Shown here: one piece after another, positions 37,268 to 47,827 of the stretch
Numbering within the stretch: the first letter of the stretch is position 1
How the letters are laid out: each line of letters begins with the position of its first letter
From: an uncultured virus (IMG/VR IMGVR_UViG_3300028572_000010)
Taxonomy: Duplodnaviria; Heunggongvirae; Uroviricota; Caudoviricetes
IMG/VR virus record: IMGVR_UViG_3300028572_000010
Location: 1-64,000 of that record
DNA length: 64,000 bases
Strand: one strand, 5' to 3'
Translations under genes and position numbers: made by a program
The notes under the pieces: generated by a model
The model's input: only the letters and a program-made list of their open reading frames with translations
Told to the model about the DNA's origin: nothing
Database searches by the model: none

Positions 37268-37965
37268 ATCTAAATAACGCATTTATTAACGGATTTATTA
37301 AAGCTTCTGCAAATCCTATTAAGTCATTTGAAGAATTGGCTAATGTACTTAAACCTGAAGTTACTGGTGCTACTGAGGCTACTGGTGCTTCTATACCAGA
37401 GGCAGCTGTTTCTAATTTAGCTATACCTAAAGCTCCTTCTAGTTCTGACTTTCCATCTAGTAAACTTAATCTAGGTTCTATAAGTAATAAGATTAAATTA
37501 GATGGCTTTGGAGGAAATCAACTTAAATTAAATAGTAAACCAGAACCAGCTAATATTGATGCCAAATCCGTATTGAGTAAACTATTCAAAAGTAAATCAG
37601 TTGGTGACATGGGACTAGGTACTGCTGCCGGACTTGGAGTAGGTGGAGGCATAGGTGCTCATTATGCTGGTCAAGGATTAGGTAATGTATTTAATAATGT
37701 AAATGCTAATACTACTATTAAACCTAGTATACATGGAGCTATAACTGGAGCAGAACAAGCTTTACATAAGAATGATATTTCTCCCCAATCTTTATTTGAA
37801 GTATTATCCAATCATATTAGTAACAACAAAGTTCCTTATGAATTAGGTTTGGGCGCTGCAGGTTTAGGTGGTTTAGGGGCTTATCTATATAGCAAGCATA
37901 GAAAATCAGAAGATAGTGAATATGATAATGGTGAAGATGAACCAGGCGGAAATCCAGAAATCTAA
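37264..37965 (+). CDS. FINGFIKA-tag glycine-zipper protein
   Basis: Starts MNLNNAFINGFIKASA; contains GLGAAGLGGLGAYLY. Confidence 0.65.
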   Translation: MNLNNAFINGFIKASANPIKSFEELANVLKPEVTGATEATGASIPEAAVSNLAIPKAPSSSDFPSSKLNLGSISNKIKLDGFGGNQLKLNSKPEPANIDAKSVLSKLFKSKSVGDMGLGTAAGLGVGGGIGAHYAGQGLGNVFNNVNANTTIKPSIHGAITGAEQALHKNDISPQSLFEVLSNHISNNKVPYELGLGAAGLGGLGAYLYSKHRKSEDSEYDNGEDEPGGNPEI

Positions 37966-37967
37966 CA

Positions 37968-38639
37968 ATGAACTTTAATGTTATCCAATCATTTCTTGAA
38001 AAGTCAGCAGAGTCCAAGGATGTAAAAGTAAAGAAGGCTGCTTCATCCTTACTAGACCAGCTAGTTAATGCTGAAGAAACAGAAGAAATCGAACAACCAG
38101 CTTTACATGCCCAGGAACAGAATCAGCCACTAACAAATCGTACTAAAGATGAGGTTGACCAAAAAATTGATAAATGGATGCCTGATATAGCTAAACCTGA
38201 ACCGAATAAGTCTGAATTTGGCAAGGTTGCTTCTGCTTATGTAGCTGATATTACAGTAAATAGCCTACCCAAAGATACTCAAGCAGATGTATTAAAATTT
38301 GCTCCTGGAGCTGATAAAGATACCAAACTCGTACTTTATGGTATGACAACTAGTGAGCTATTACCTAAAGTAGATATACATAACTACGAATCTGCTAAAT
38401 CTCATATAAAGAAAGAAATGACTAAACTAGGTAAGAAAGCTTTAGCCGATAAATTTCAAGCCAAGAATAATAATAAGTATATATTGTTACTCAATGATAG
38501 TATCCTTGACGGACATCATCACTTAGCTATGGCGGATATATTAGGTATTTCTTGCAGTCTTAAAGTATTAGATCTTACACCTGCTAGATTTCAAATAGTA
38601 AAGAAATCTTCTCTATTTGAACTATATAGCAATCACTAA
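37968..38639 (+). CDS. Protein with a C-terminal ParB/Srx-like domain
   Basis: ILLLNDSILDGHHHLAMA; N-terminal EKSA, KKA and KVA motifs. Confidence 0.55.
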   Translation: MNFNVIQSFLEKSAESKDVKVKKAASSLLDQLVNAEETEEIEQPALHAQEQNQPLTNRTKDEVDQKIDKWMPDIAKPEPNKSEFGKVASAYVADITVNSLPKDTQADVLKFAPGADKDTKLVLYGMTTSELLPKVDIHNYESAKSHIKKEMTKLGKKALADKFQAKNNNKYILLLNDSILDGHHHLAMADILGISCSLKVLDLTPARFQIVKKSSLFELYSNH

Positions 38640-38641
38640 TT

Positions 38642-40981
38642 ATGTCTGAGGTAACAACAGTAGGCAAAATCCTGCTTAAGCATTACTCTCCTGCTAACTC
38701 TCATTCATTTATAGAAAGCAAAGATTTGGATAAGAAGAATATAGGTGCTTTCTTCTCTAATTTAGCAGAGCATAATGAAGATAGTTATAAGAAAGTAGTA
38801 TCAGATTTAACTAGACTTGGGTTTGAATCAGCTACTAGGTTGGGTAGTACTGTCAGACTAGGTGACTTGCTTCCACCCTCCTTTAAAGATGAGAGATTTA
38901 AAGAACTCAATAAAGAGATTAAGAGCATAAAGGATAAAAAGTTACCTAAAAAGAAAGAAGATGATGAACTAACAAATTTGCTCAACAAGTTTTCTGACAC
39001 TGCAAATAAGGAAATAATAGAAGAAGGCCTTAAAGATAATAAGACTCTAGCCAAGGTAGTTAAAGCCGGAGCGAGAGGGAGTCCCGAACAATATCGTCAA
39101 ACTATTTTCTCCCCAGTAGCCGTTAACGATAATAAAGGCGGTATTCTAACTGATTTTATTATTGATAGATCTTTTGCTGAAGGATTAACCTTGCCCCAAT
39201 ATTTGGCACATACTTTTGGTGCGAGACAAGCCAGCGCGGCCACAAAATTATCAGTGGCAGAAGGTGGGTTTTTAGGCAAGCAATTAGCTAGAGCAAACAT
39301 GACAATGGTGATAGAAGAACATGATTGTGGTACTCATAATGGAATACCTGTAAAAACAAATGATAATGATTACATCGGTTCGTTCTTAGCTCATCCTATA
39401 GACAAATATCACTATAATAATGAAGTTACCTCTAGTATGCTGGGTATTCTAAAAAGCAAAGGCATAGAAGAGATTGTAGTTAGAAATCCTATAACTTGTG
39501 AAGCTAGTCATGATGGAACTTCTAGTGCTCTTTGTCAATTATGTGTGGGTATCAGAGGTAAAGGCTTGTCTGAACTTAATTCTTTTATTGGAGTTGTTGC
39601 CGGTACTTCAGCAGCAGAACCAGTAGCACAAGGGGCGTTAAACTGTTTAGCTGAAGGAACACTAGTAAGAATGGCAGATTATTCTATTAAAGCTATTCAA
39701 GATATAAAGGTCGGAGATATGGTGCTTGGCTCTGATAACGCTGGTCAAACCTCTCCAGTCAAAGTTCTAAGGTTATTCAATCAAGGATTACAACCTGTTA
39801 ATAAATATATATTTATAGATAATAAAGATAAAGTAATTGAACTATATGCTACAGAGAATCATAAGATACTTTGTGAAACCCTGGAATGTAGTAATGTATT
39901 AACAGAAATGCCTCTAAAAGATATTGATGAAACTATAGATGTAGTTACTACAAATGATTATTGGGTAGTACTATACAATAAACCAGAGTATCTAGGATTA
40001 ATACAATGTTGGGATATTGAAGTAGATAGTAAAGATGCTTTATTTGTATTAGCGAATGGCTTAATAGTACATAATAGTAAGCACAAGGGAGGTAGTGCAA
40101 CTGGTTCTAATCAATTTGGTGGCTTTAAATACATCAATCAATTATTTAATATCCCGGATTCATTTGTCCATGAAGCCCCAATAGCTGACTCTGATGGTAA
40201 GATAGAAGAAGTAAGAGTAGCACCACAAGGAGGTCATTATATAGTTATTAAGCATGATAATGGAAAACTTGAAGAATATTATGTACACCCAGATTTGAAA
40301 GTATTGGTTAAATCAGGCCAGCTAGTTGAAGAAGGTGATGTGTTAAGTGATGGTATACCTAATCCAGCTAAAATAACAAAGCATAAAGGTATTGGAGAAG
40401 GTAGAAGGTATTTCTCCAAAGCTATTAAAGATACATTTGAAACTAGTCAATTAGGTGGAATAAATAAACGTAATTTTGATATTATAAGTAAAGGTTTAAT
40501 TACTCATGTTAAAATAACCAATCCTAAAGGCTTAGGGAATAACTTGCCAGACAGTATAGTAAATTATCATACACTGGAGAAAGCCTATTCTCCTAGAACT
40601 AATAGTAAGAAGGTCAGAACTGATATGGCTCAAGGTTTATACTTGGAAATACCTGAATTACACTATACAATAGGAACTAGAATCACCAGTACTGTAATTA
40701 ATGAGTTGAAGAAACATAATATCGATTATGTTACGGTAAATGAGACAAAACCTGAATTTGAACCAGAAATGCAAAGATTATTAGATGTCCCAGCACATGA
40801 ACATGACTGGATGCATACCTTATATAGTACTAATCTGGAACGTAGATTAATAAAGGCTGTCAATACTGGAGCTTCTAGTAGTTTGGAGGGACCATCTCCA
40901 ATACCAGGGCTTGCATATGCCAAAGGATTTGGGACCCATAAATTTGCAGAAGAACTGGAAGAGCAGTTATCATTTGAGTAA
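38642..40981 (+). CDS. rpoC: RNA polymerase beta-prime C-terminal part with mini-intein
   Basis: TTVGKILL, AGARGSPEQYRQ, SFAEGLTLPQY..TFGARQ (bridge helix), EHDCGT, CQLCVG, AAEPVAQGALN|SKHKGG (trigger loop). Confidence 0.92.
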   Translation: MSEVTTVGKILLKHYSPANSHSFIESKDLDKKNIGAFFSNLAEHNEDSYKKVVSDLTRLGFESATRLGSTVRLGDLLPPSFKDERFKELNKEIKSIKDKKLPKKKEDDELTNLLNKFSDTANKEIIEEGLKDNKTLAKVVKAGARGSPEQYRQTIFSPVAVNDNKGGILTDFIIDRSFAEGLTLPQYLAHTFGARQASAATKLSVAEGGFLGKQLARANMTMVIEEHDCGTHNGIPVKTNDNDYIGSFLAHPIDKYHYNNEVTSSMLGILKSKGIEEIVVRNPITCEASHDGTSSALCQLCVGIRGKGLSELNSFIGVVAGTSAAEPVAQGALNCLAEGTLVRMADYSIKAIQDIKVGDMVLGSDNAGQTSPVKVLRLFNQGLQPVNKYIFIDNKDKVIELYATENHKILCETLECSNVLTEMPLKDIDETIDVVTTNDYWVVLYNKPEYLGLIQCWDIEVDSKDALFVLANGLIVHNSKHKGGSATGSNQFGGFKYINQLFNIPDSFVHEAPIADSDGKIEEVRVAPQGGHYIVIKHDNGKLEEYYVHPDLKVLVKSGQLVEEGDVLSDGIPNPAKITKHKGIGEGRRYFSKAIKDTFETSQLGGINKRNFDIISKGLITHVKITNPKGLGNNLPDSIVNYHTLEKAYSPRTNSKKVRTDMAQGLYLEIPELHYTIGTRITSTVINELKKHNIDYVTVNETKPEFEPEMQRLLDVPAHEHDWMHTLYSTNLERRLIKAVNTGASSSLEGPSPIPGLAYAKGFGTHKFAEELEEQLSFE
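39644..40075 (+). mobile_element. Mini-intein (144 aa) in the trigger loop
   Basis: CLAEGTLV...ATENHK...CWDIEV...LIVHN|S; no endonuclease. Confidence 0.9.
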
Positions 40982-40982
40982 T

Positions 40983-42266
40983 ATGAATGCCAATACTAAA
41001 GCTTTGACTAATTTCATTGATAAGAAAGCTAACGTATTATCTCAATTAGGACGTATATTTGATTATAGTAGAGCTGGTTTGAAAGGTGCTGCCGGTCTAG
41101 GTTTGGGAGCAGGGTTAGCCTCAGCAACTCTAGAATCAGGTGGAAGGACTATTAATAATGCTTTACACGGTCATCTAGAAATGGGTGGTGCTCCTTGGAC
41201 TGGTAGACAAGTAGGCCATCTAACTAGTGCAATACTTAATGCTACTGGTGCTGGTCCTGCTCTTGGTTCTGCTTCTGATAGTGTATTAAATAGTGTAGAT
41301 AAAAATCCTAATGCTCAGAAAGTATTGGATTCACTATCTAATATAACTAATCCTACTACTAGAAATGAATTTGCTGAAGCATTAATAGACAAGGCTAATG
41401 AGAAAATGGGTCCTCTTTATAATGAGGCAGGCAAGGAATTTGGTAAAGGCATATTCTCTAGTACTATGCAAGATATGGCGAATCATCCAGTTAAAAGCAT
41501 ATTAGGGGCTACCGCTCTTTCTGCTGGCCCGGTTATGGCTTATGATGCCATTACTAGGAAGCATAGAAAAGAAGAAGCTGAAAGAACAAATGCTTTATTA
41601 CAGATGCTTACTCATAAACAAGCATCAGTATTGGATAGAATAGTAGACAACCCTCTGTTTAAAAAATATATAAACCGACCATCTAATATTGGAGTTGATA
41701 AATTACAAGAACTGATAAGTAATGCTAAAGATAATGCAGTTCCTCTAAACATATTACAAAAGAATGTAAATCATCCTAATACTCTGTTAAACAATTTTAT
41801 TACTAGGAATCCAGTCAAGAGTTTAATGATTCCTTCAGCTATATTAGGTAGTGCAGAGACTATAGCTGAAAGACAAAATGATAATAGTGGTAACTTTGAT
41901 ACTCTTCCAAAAGCATTAACACGATTAGGCAGTAATGTATTTAAGACTCCAGCTAATCTTATTGAAGGTATTGAAGGTGCTGGTGCTGAGAATATTAACT
42001 TTGACAAATCCAACTCAGTTCAAAAGATTAAGCAGATAGGACAGAATATTAATGATAGTTTTAAACCTGGCTTACCCGTAGCACCTTCTAAGCCTGCTAC
42101 GGGATGGGAAGCTTTAAAACCATATCTAGTAGCTGGTGGTATTATTGGAGCCCCTACAGCTGCTATAGGTGCTTATAATCATTATCATAATAAAGACATA
42201 GACAACTTGAATAATGAGAATAAAATGATGCAAAATAAAGTTAGGAGTGAATTAGCTAATGTATAA
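40983..42266 (+). CDS. Gly/Ala-rich putative internal virion protein (start revised to MNANT)
   Basis: FIDKKAN and HKQAS motifs; repeated NHPVKSxL modules; glycine zippers. Confidence 0.6.
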   Translation: MNANTKALTNFIDKKANVLSQLGRIFDYSRAGLKGAAGLGLGAGLASATLESGGRTINNALHGHLEMGGAPWTGRQVGHLTSAILNATGAGPALGSASDSVLNSVDKNPNAQKVLDSLSNITNPTTRNEFAEALIDKANEKMGPLYNEAGKEFGKGIFSSTMQDMANHPVKSILGATALSAGPVMAYDAITRKHRKEEAERTNALLQMLTHKQASVLDRIVDNPLFKKYINRPSNIGVDKLQELISNAKDNAVPLNILQKNVNHPNTLLNNFITRNPVKSLMIPSAILGSAETIAERQNDNSGNFDTLPKALTRLGSNVFKTPANLIEGIEGAGAENINFDKSNSVQKIKQIGQNINDSFKPGLPVAPSKPATGWEALKPYLVAGGIIGAPTAAIGAYNHYHNKDIDNLNNENKMMQNKVRSELANV

Positions 42267-42350
42267 TAGACATTGCTTAACTATAACTTTCCTAATATGA
42301 TAATAATAAGTGAAGATGAGTATATATAAGAAGCCTTCTTCTTTCAATTT

Positions 42351-44594
42351 ATGAATAGTTCAACTAAATTAGCGAGTTCTGAGGATGATTTTGAGAAAGC
42401 GTTCTTTACTCTTGCATATGATAAGTTACAAGGCAAACTAAGTAACCTAGTACCATTCTTAGTAGGCTTCCAGCTAATTAAAAAGAGTGATAACGATACC
42501 AAAGCTGTGGGTGTTTTTGGATTTAAGAGTAATAATGGACAAATCATGTTTGTCCCTGCTTTCTTTGTTGATGGAAAAATTAAAGACTTGGACATACTAT
42601 ATAGTAAGAACAATCAACAAATGTACCCACTTACTGAAGATTTTGCAGAACTATTCTTAAAAGATGATGTAACTGGGATGGGAAGTGTAAGCAATCAACG
42701 TAAAGAGGATGTGCAAAAAGATATTGTTGCTCCTAGTATGCGTAATGTGATCTGGCCTCCTCGTACTGGACGTATTAGTTATGCTGAAGCTAAAGATTTG
42801 GAAGAAAAGAATTCAGAAGTATTTGATAAGGTTGCTGAGAGCTTGTTAGATAAAAAAGATTTTCTCCCTATCCCTTCTTTATTAGATTATATAAAAAACT
42901 CGGATAATTCAGTTAAAGAAGCATTTTGGGACGTTATGAATAAGAATGCTGAATTTACTGATGCTGTCAGGACATTCTATTCTGATAATGCAATTGCTGA
43001 AGCTTTGACTGTTCCAGCTATTGTAAAAGAAGCTAAACCTAAGAAATTAAAGGTAATAGACTTTGATACCGAAACTAACTTTAAAGATTTGTCTGAACAT
43101 ACTAAGAAAGAACTGGTTACTAAAGGAATTTCTATTGTAGATAATAGAATGAAGGAAGAGATATCTGAAGTTGGTATCTTTAAGTTTACTGAGCAGTTTA
43201 GCAACCCTGTACAAACTGGTTTTTATCCATATATAACTGAGTTAGGTACTATTAGATATGGGTTAGTATTAACTAGTGTTGAATCATTAATACCTGGTTA
43301 TGGTCATGATAAAGCCTTGGTTATAGATTTACAAGCAGCTAGACCGGGACAGGCCTATGATTGCAATGTAAAGGATATATTTATTAAGGACCAAATAGTA
43401 GTTAAAGATATAAGTGAGGCTATGAAGAATTTGGAGGAATTAGCTGAAGCCTTGCCTAGCTATGATGACTATGTATTATTGAATGAGAATCTTAAAGCTA
43501 CTGAACCTTTTAGAATCATTGAGAACTATAAAGATGGTTCTGGTATTAGAAGGCTTAAAATTGAACCTACCTGGTATAATGAAGCTAAAAAAGCTTATAA
43601 CTGTGGTGAACCTAGGAAGAAAGACAATGGCGAAACAATATTGGTACTTACTAAAAAACCAGGGGATAAACTAGAACATCGTAATAAGGCTGTCTATGTT
43701 CCTAAAGGATTCAAATTGCTTAAAATACATTTAAGTTCTTATTATCGTCCTGACATAGATTATTCTGCTTCCAAGACACAACAAGATAAACAGAGAATGG
43801 AGGGTCAGAAACAGCAGTCTGAAATCAAGTCTGGCAAACCTGGTGGTCTATGTTATCTAACTAGTTTCCTTAGAGAGAACAATACTTTCCCGTTAACTTT
43901 ACACACAAATGGTAGTGACTTCTTCCTTAATGTAGCTGGCGCAAAAGTAACTTATGCAAATCCACTTGAAGCTAAAATTGCAATGGTTACTGATATTGGA
44001 TTGAGAGAAAAGGATGCAGAGGCAGTTTTGGCTGACCTAATTCCTAATAAGAAAAGAGAAGGAATGGTTAAAATATCTGTGTTAGGTGACCATACTTTAA
44101 CTCTACAAGATGAAACTCCGGAAAGTAATGAAGCTGGGCAACCTACTTATTATGGCATTCCTTGGGTAGACCAGCATGATTGTAGTGATGGGTATACCAA
44201 AGATCCTACACAGCAAGGTTTGGGGGTTAAGCCTGATGAAGCACAATTAGACGGTACAATCAATCATGCAGTTCAATTAGCTCAACAAGGACAAAAAGAA
44301 ATATTCGATACCCAGACTATTGGTGCATTGGCTAAATATACTAATTCTGGAGATAAAATACAGGAATACGTGCCTAACTTTGTATCGGCTCTAGATAAAC
44401 TTGGTAAAATGTTGTTTTTAACTTATTGGAATACTGATGAATTTGATGAATTGTTCGGCAAAGATCAACTTCCAGAACTAATTGAATTAGTTAAAAATGT
44501 ATTTAATAATTTAGGAGATCTGGTAATCTTCCTAAAAAAACAGATGCCAAATATGGATATCAATTCTAATGACCAATCTAAAAATGATATATAA
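42351..44594 (+). CDS. Large hypothetical (head-associated?) protein
   Basis: 747 aa; starts MNSSTKLASS; lies in the head module. Confidence 0.7.
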   Translation: MNSSTKLASSEDDFEKAFFTLAYDKLQGKLSNLVPFLVGFQLIKKSDNDTKAVGVFGFKSNNGQIMFVPAFFVDGKIKDLDILYSKNNQQMYPLTEDFAELFLKDDVTGMGSVSNQRKEDVQKDIVAPSMRNVIWPPRTGRISYAEAKDLEEKNSEVFDKVAESLLDKKDFLPIPSLLDYIKNSDNSVKEAFWDVMNKNAEFTDAVRTFYSDNAIAEALTVPAIVKEAKPKKLKVIDFDTETNFKDLSEHTKKELVTKGISIVDNRMKEEISEVGIFKFTEQFSNPVQTGFYPYITELGTIRYGLVLTSVESLIPGYGHDKALVIDLQAARPGQAYDCNVKDIFIKDQIVVKDISEAMKNLEELAEALPSYDDYVLLNENLKATEPFRIIENYKDGSGIRRLKIEPTWYNEAKKAYNCGEPRKKDNGETILVLTKKPGDKLEHRNKAVYVPKGFKLLKIHLSSYYRPDIDYSASKTQQDKQRMEGQKQQSEIKSGKPGGLCYLTSFLRENNTFPLTLHTNGSDFFLNVAGAKVTYANPLEAKIAMVTDIGLREKDAEAVLADLIPNKKREGMVKISVLGDHTLTLQDETPESNEAGQPTYYGIPWVDQHDCSDGYTKDPTQQGLGVKPDEAQLDGTINHAVQLAQQGQKEIFDTQTIGALAKYTNSGDKIQEYVPNFVSALDKLGKMLFLTYWNTDEFDELFGKDQLPELIELVKNVFNNLGDLVIFLKKQMPNMDINSNDQSKNDI

Positions 44595-44595
44595 T

Positions 44596-44883
44596 ATGAC
44601 AATAGAAGATGCATATATTAATGGTTTTATAAAAGCAGCGTTAGGAGAAGGTGGTCAAATTCCGGCTTTAGGTGCAATGAGTAATATGTCACAACCTAAC
44701 CCTGCAATGAATCAACCAGGACCTCAAGCTACTAGACCAGCTCAACCTTCACAACCACAAAATCAATCAGGAGCACAACAACTCCCTTTCTACCAATTAC
44801 TCTCCCAGTTCAGACAACAAAATCCAATATCTCAAGTACCGGGAGTAGTTCCAAATCTAAATAATAAACCATTTAGTATTTAA
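44596..44883 (+). CDS. YINGFIKAA-tag Gln/Pro-rich protein (start revised)
   Basis: MTIEDAYINGFIKAALG. Confidence 0.65.
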   Translation: MTIEDAYINGFIKAALGEGGQIPALGAMSNMSQPNPAMNQPGPQATRPAQPSQPQNQSGAQQLPFYQLLSQFRQQNPISQVPGVVPNLNNKPFSI

Positions 44884-44906
44884 TTAGATGGAATCAGATA
44901 GTAATC

Positions 44907-45977
44907 ATGCTTTTACCTATAGTTCCAATCAGCAAGATGGGGACTCAGTTTCAATCCCCTTCCTGGAGATATCAATTAGCTTTTTACCCTGAACGATTTG
45001 GATTTGAAAAGTTCTGTTCCCAGCCCGGTGTTAACTCAGGCAATTTAAAGCGTTTAATTTCTAATGGTATCGTTCCTGTAGATTCTTATGATCTACCTAT
45101 ATATATTAAACAATTATATAACAAGCTTCCAGCCTTACTTTATCAACAACTTATAAAAGTTTGGGATAAAAGATACTTTAATAATAGGGTTAGAAAAGTT
45201 ACTTTCAATAATAACCGGGCAGGGATGATTAACTGGAACATTAATAAGGTTAAAAAGATTAATGACGATTATGTTCAAAAACTTATCTTTCATTGCTATA
45301 ACTATGAAGCTAATGAGTATATTTCAGAAGCTATAAAGTTCTATAAAACCAAGACTAATGAGACTAATTGTAAATGGTTAAATTATAGTATATATGGTAA
45401 TAAAACAGATATAGAACTAGCTAAACAATGGTATAAGCCAGTTAAATTCATAGAAGCTTTAAGATTAATATTCTTTGACTATTCTGGCTGGCCTAAAGAT
45501 AAGTTAGTTCAATATAGTTGCTTAAGACAATTAGCCAATAATAAAGAGATAGATGATGCTGATTATCATGCATTTAAGCGTATTTATGATTTAGGAGAAC
45601 TGGGTTTAAGAAGTATATTGGGACATCAAGTATTAACTGAAGATGAAAGGGATGAGGTTAAGTCTTATTTAGCTGGAGCAGGTGTGGATAACTTAATGGA
45701 TCAGAGATTTGCCATAACTAGTCTTAAAGAATCAGTTATCTTTAATAATTCTGTAGTAGGTTATGTTAATGCTAATCTACACAGACTTGAACTTGAACAA
45801 AGGGCTGCAGTAATGAGGTTGAATGCTCAAAGAATAGAAAAAGAGTTGGGTATCAATGAAACTGTAAGTCTTACCGTAGAAGATAATACTTTAATGGAAA
45901 ACTTAAGAGAAATGATGTTATTAGAGAATCCAGGCAAATATCCTTCATATGTAGATGTGTTGGAGGTAAAGCCTTAA
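44907..45977 (+). CDS. Hypothetical protein
   Basis: 356-aa ORF. Confidence 0.7.
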   Translation: MLLPIVPISKMGTQFQSPSWRYQLAFYPERFGFEKFCSQPGVNSGNLKRLISNGIVPVDSYDLPIYIKQLYNKLPALLYQQLIKVWDKRYFNNRVRKVTFNNNRAGMINWNINKVKKINDDYVQKLIFHCYNYEANEYISEAIKFYKTKTNETNCKWLNYSIYGNKTDIELAKQWYKPVKFIEALRLIFFDYSGWPKDKLVQYSCLRQLANNKEIDDADYHAFKRIYDLGELGLRSILGHQVLTEDERDEVKSYLAGAGVDNLMDQRFAITSLKESVIFNNSVVGYVNANLHRLELEQRAAVMRLNAQRIEKELGINETVSLTVEDNTLMENLREMMLLENPGKYPSYVDVLEVKP

Positions 45978-46029
45978 TGAATTGACTAGAATTATATAAC
46001 ATATTAATATAGATATAACAAACACTTTT

Positions 46030-47421
46030 ATGCGCACACCTGAAGAATTGGTAAAATTTGCAGTCCATGAGATAGTTACTGAGATAAATACTGGTACTCC
46101 ACCTCAAGAAGCAGCTACTAAGGTTGCTAAATCACTGGAACTTAATCATAACTTTATTAAGCGTAGTTGTGAAGCTATTAATGTAGCTTTGCACTATGAT
46201 CACTTTAAGAAGCATCCAGACTCAAAAGCTGATGATTTTCCCATAGTTGATGCAGCCAAAGTTGCTGAAGATATATATAGCGGAAAAGAAAAGACTGCCT
46301 CAGAATTGGAATCAGAACTATTCTCTTCTTTTCAAATCCAAGAAACTGCTCCTAAATTTGCAAGATATTTGGAGCCAGGACCTTATAAAGAAGCTTATGC
46401 TAAACTAATACTTACTGAAGATGTAGGTAAAAATGAATTAAGTAAATCTGGTGCTTATGATAAGAGTGTAAAATATATTAGTAAATTACAAAAACAAGCC
46501 TATGATGCTGAAGCAGATAGATTAGATGCTGAATTTGAAGTAAATAAAAACTTCTGCAATATACTTAGAAAATTCGCTGAGAGTAATGATTGTAGATCTG
46601 CCTGGCATGAATTTGAAACTAGCGTATTTAGTAAGTATGGTAATGCTAGTAATGGATATTTGGATTTGTTATATAAAACCTCTAATCTAAAAGAAGAAAG
46701 AGGTGTTCATGATTCCAACATTAAATTAGCTGCACTATGTAATGAAACTGAACTATATGATAAGTTTATTAATAGTGTAACATATCTTAAAGAAGCTACC
46801 GTAAAGTCAGAAGATGCAGCCTATAACCTTAATTTTGAACAGAGTTATTTTAAAGGATTGTTTAAACAAGATATAGAAAAGATAGCAGATACTGATTCTT
46901 TGTTAGCCCAGGTCGATGCATCTATCAAGGCAGAAAGAAGTAAGATTGCCAAGGCTGACCCTGAAGATCCGGTTATGACTTGTATTGCTGAAAAGAAAGC
47001 TGCGGTAGAGGAGGAGTTTGATAGTAGAATTAAGTCTGCAATTGACCTCATGAATATAACTAAAAGCTTTTCAGGTTATAAGGATAAACAAGGTAAACCA
47101 GAATTGAGTGCCAGTACTAATACTCCTGAAGCGAACAGGGATAGAGCATTATTACTACAAGAACTTGTAGCTACTGATCCTATTATAAGTAAGTTTCCTA
47201 CTCATCATGTAGTAGATGCTTACCAACAAATGCTTAGAATTGCTCCAGAATTAAGTAGTGAGAAGGAAATTACTAGAGCATTCCTTAGACAAGCTGGTGC
47301 GAGTCAGGCCATTTCACCATTTGAGGCAGCTGACTTAATTAAGGCGAATACAGGTTTATTTAAGCAACATCAACTACAAAGAGGACTACAACCGCCTCCT
47401 AATCCAGTAGCAGGGGAATAA
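46030..47421 (+). CDS. Helical K-x-A-rich putative head/core protein
   Basis: 463 aa; KFA, KTA, KQA, KLA, KIA, KKA, KSA motifs. Confidence 0.6.
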   Translation: MRTPEELVKFAVHEIVTEINTGTPPQEAATKVAKSLELNHNFIKRSCEAINVALHYDHFKKHPDSKADDFPIVDAAKVAEDIYSGKEKTASELESELFSSFQIQETAPKFARYLEPGPYKEAYAKLILTEDVGKNELSKSGAYDKSVKYISKLQKQAYDAEADRLDAEFEVNKNFCNILRKFAESNDCRSAWHEFETSVFSKYGNASNGYLDLLYKTSNLKEERGVHDSNIKLAALCNETELYDKFINSVTYLKEATVKSEDAAYNLNFEQSYFKGLFKQDIEKIADTDSLLAQVDASIKAERSKIAKADPEDPVMTCIAEKKAAVEEEFDSRIKSAIDLMNITKSFSGYKDKQGKPELSASTNTPEANRDRALLLQELVATDPIISKFPTHHVVDAYQQMLRIAPELSSEKEITRAFLRQAGASQAISPFEAADLIKANTGLFKQHQLQRGLQPPPNPVAGE

Positions 47422-47457
47422 TGAAAGAAGAGTGCTTCTTAACTATATAACAAATTT

Positions 47458-47823
47458 ATGGCTAAACTAAGAGTACAACAACAAATAGTAAATGATAACT
47501 TTAAGTTTCTATTCACTATTGATCCTGAAAGCATTAGTGATACAGATTATTTGTTAGTCAGGAAATTTGGGCAACCTAGTATAGATTTTGGTGGCTCTTT
47601 TACTAATGGAACTCAAATGTATACTATGCCTAGTAATTACTATGACTTCCCTAACGATTTCCCAGTCTGTATTTCATTCTCAGGAACTGTACCATTTGAT
47701 GTTACTGTAGAGGCTAATCTAGACTTATATAGAACTACAATGGTTACTAGAATTACTAGTGCTATAACTACATTGAGATCTACCACAGATAACTTCAGCA
47801 ATGAATTTATTACTGTAATTTAA
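47458..47823 (+). CDS. Hypothetical virion protein
   Basis: 121-aa ORF. Confidence 0.6.
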   Translation: MAKLRVQQQIVNDNFKFLFTIDPESISDTDYLLVRKFGQPSIDFGGSFTNGTQMYTMPSNYYDFPNDFPVCISFSGTVPFDVTVEANLDLYRTTMVTRITSAITTLRSTTDNFSNEFITVI

Positions 47824-47827
47824 TTTT

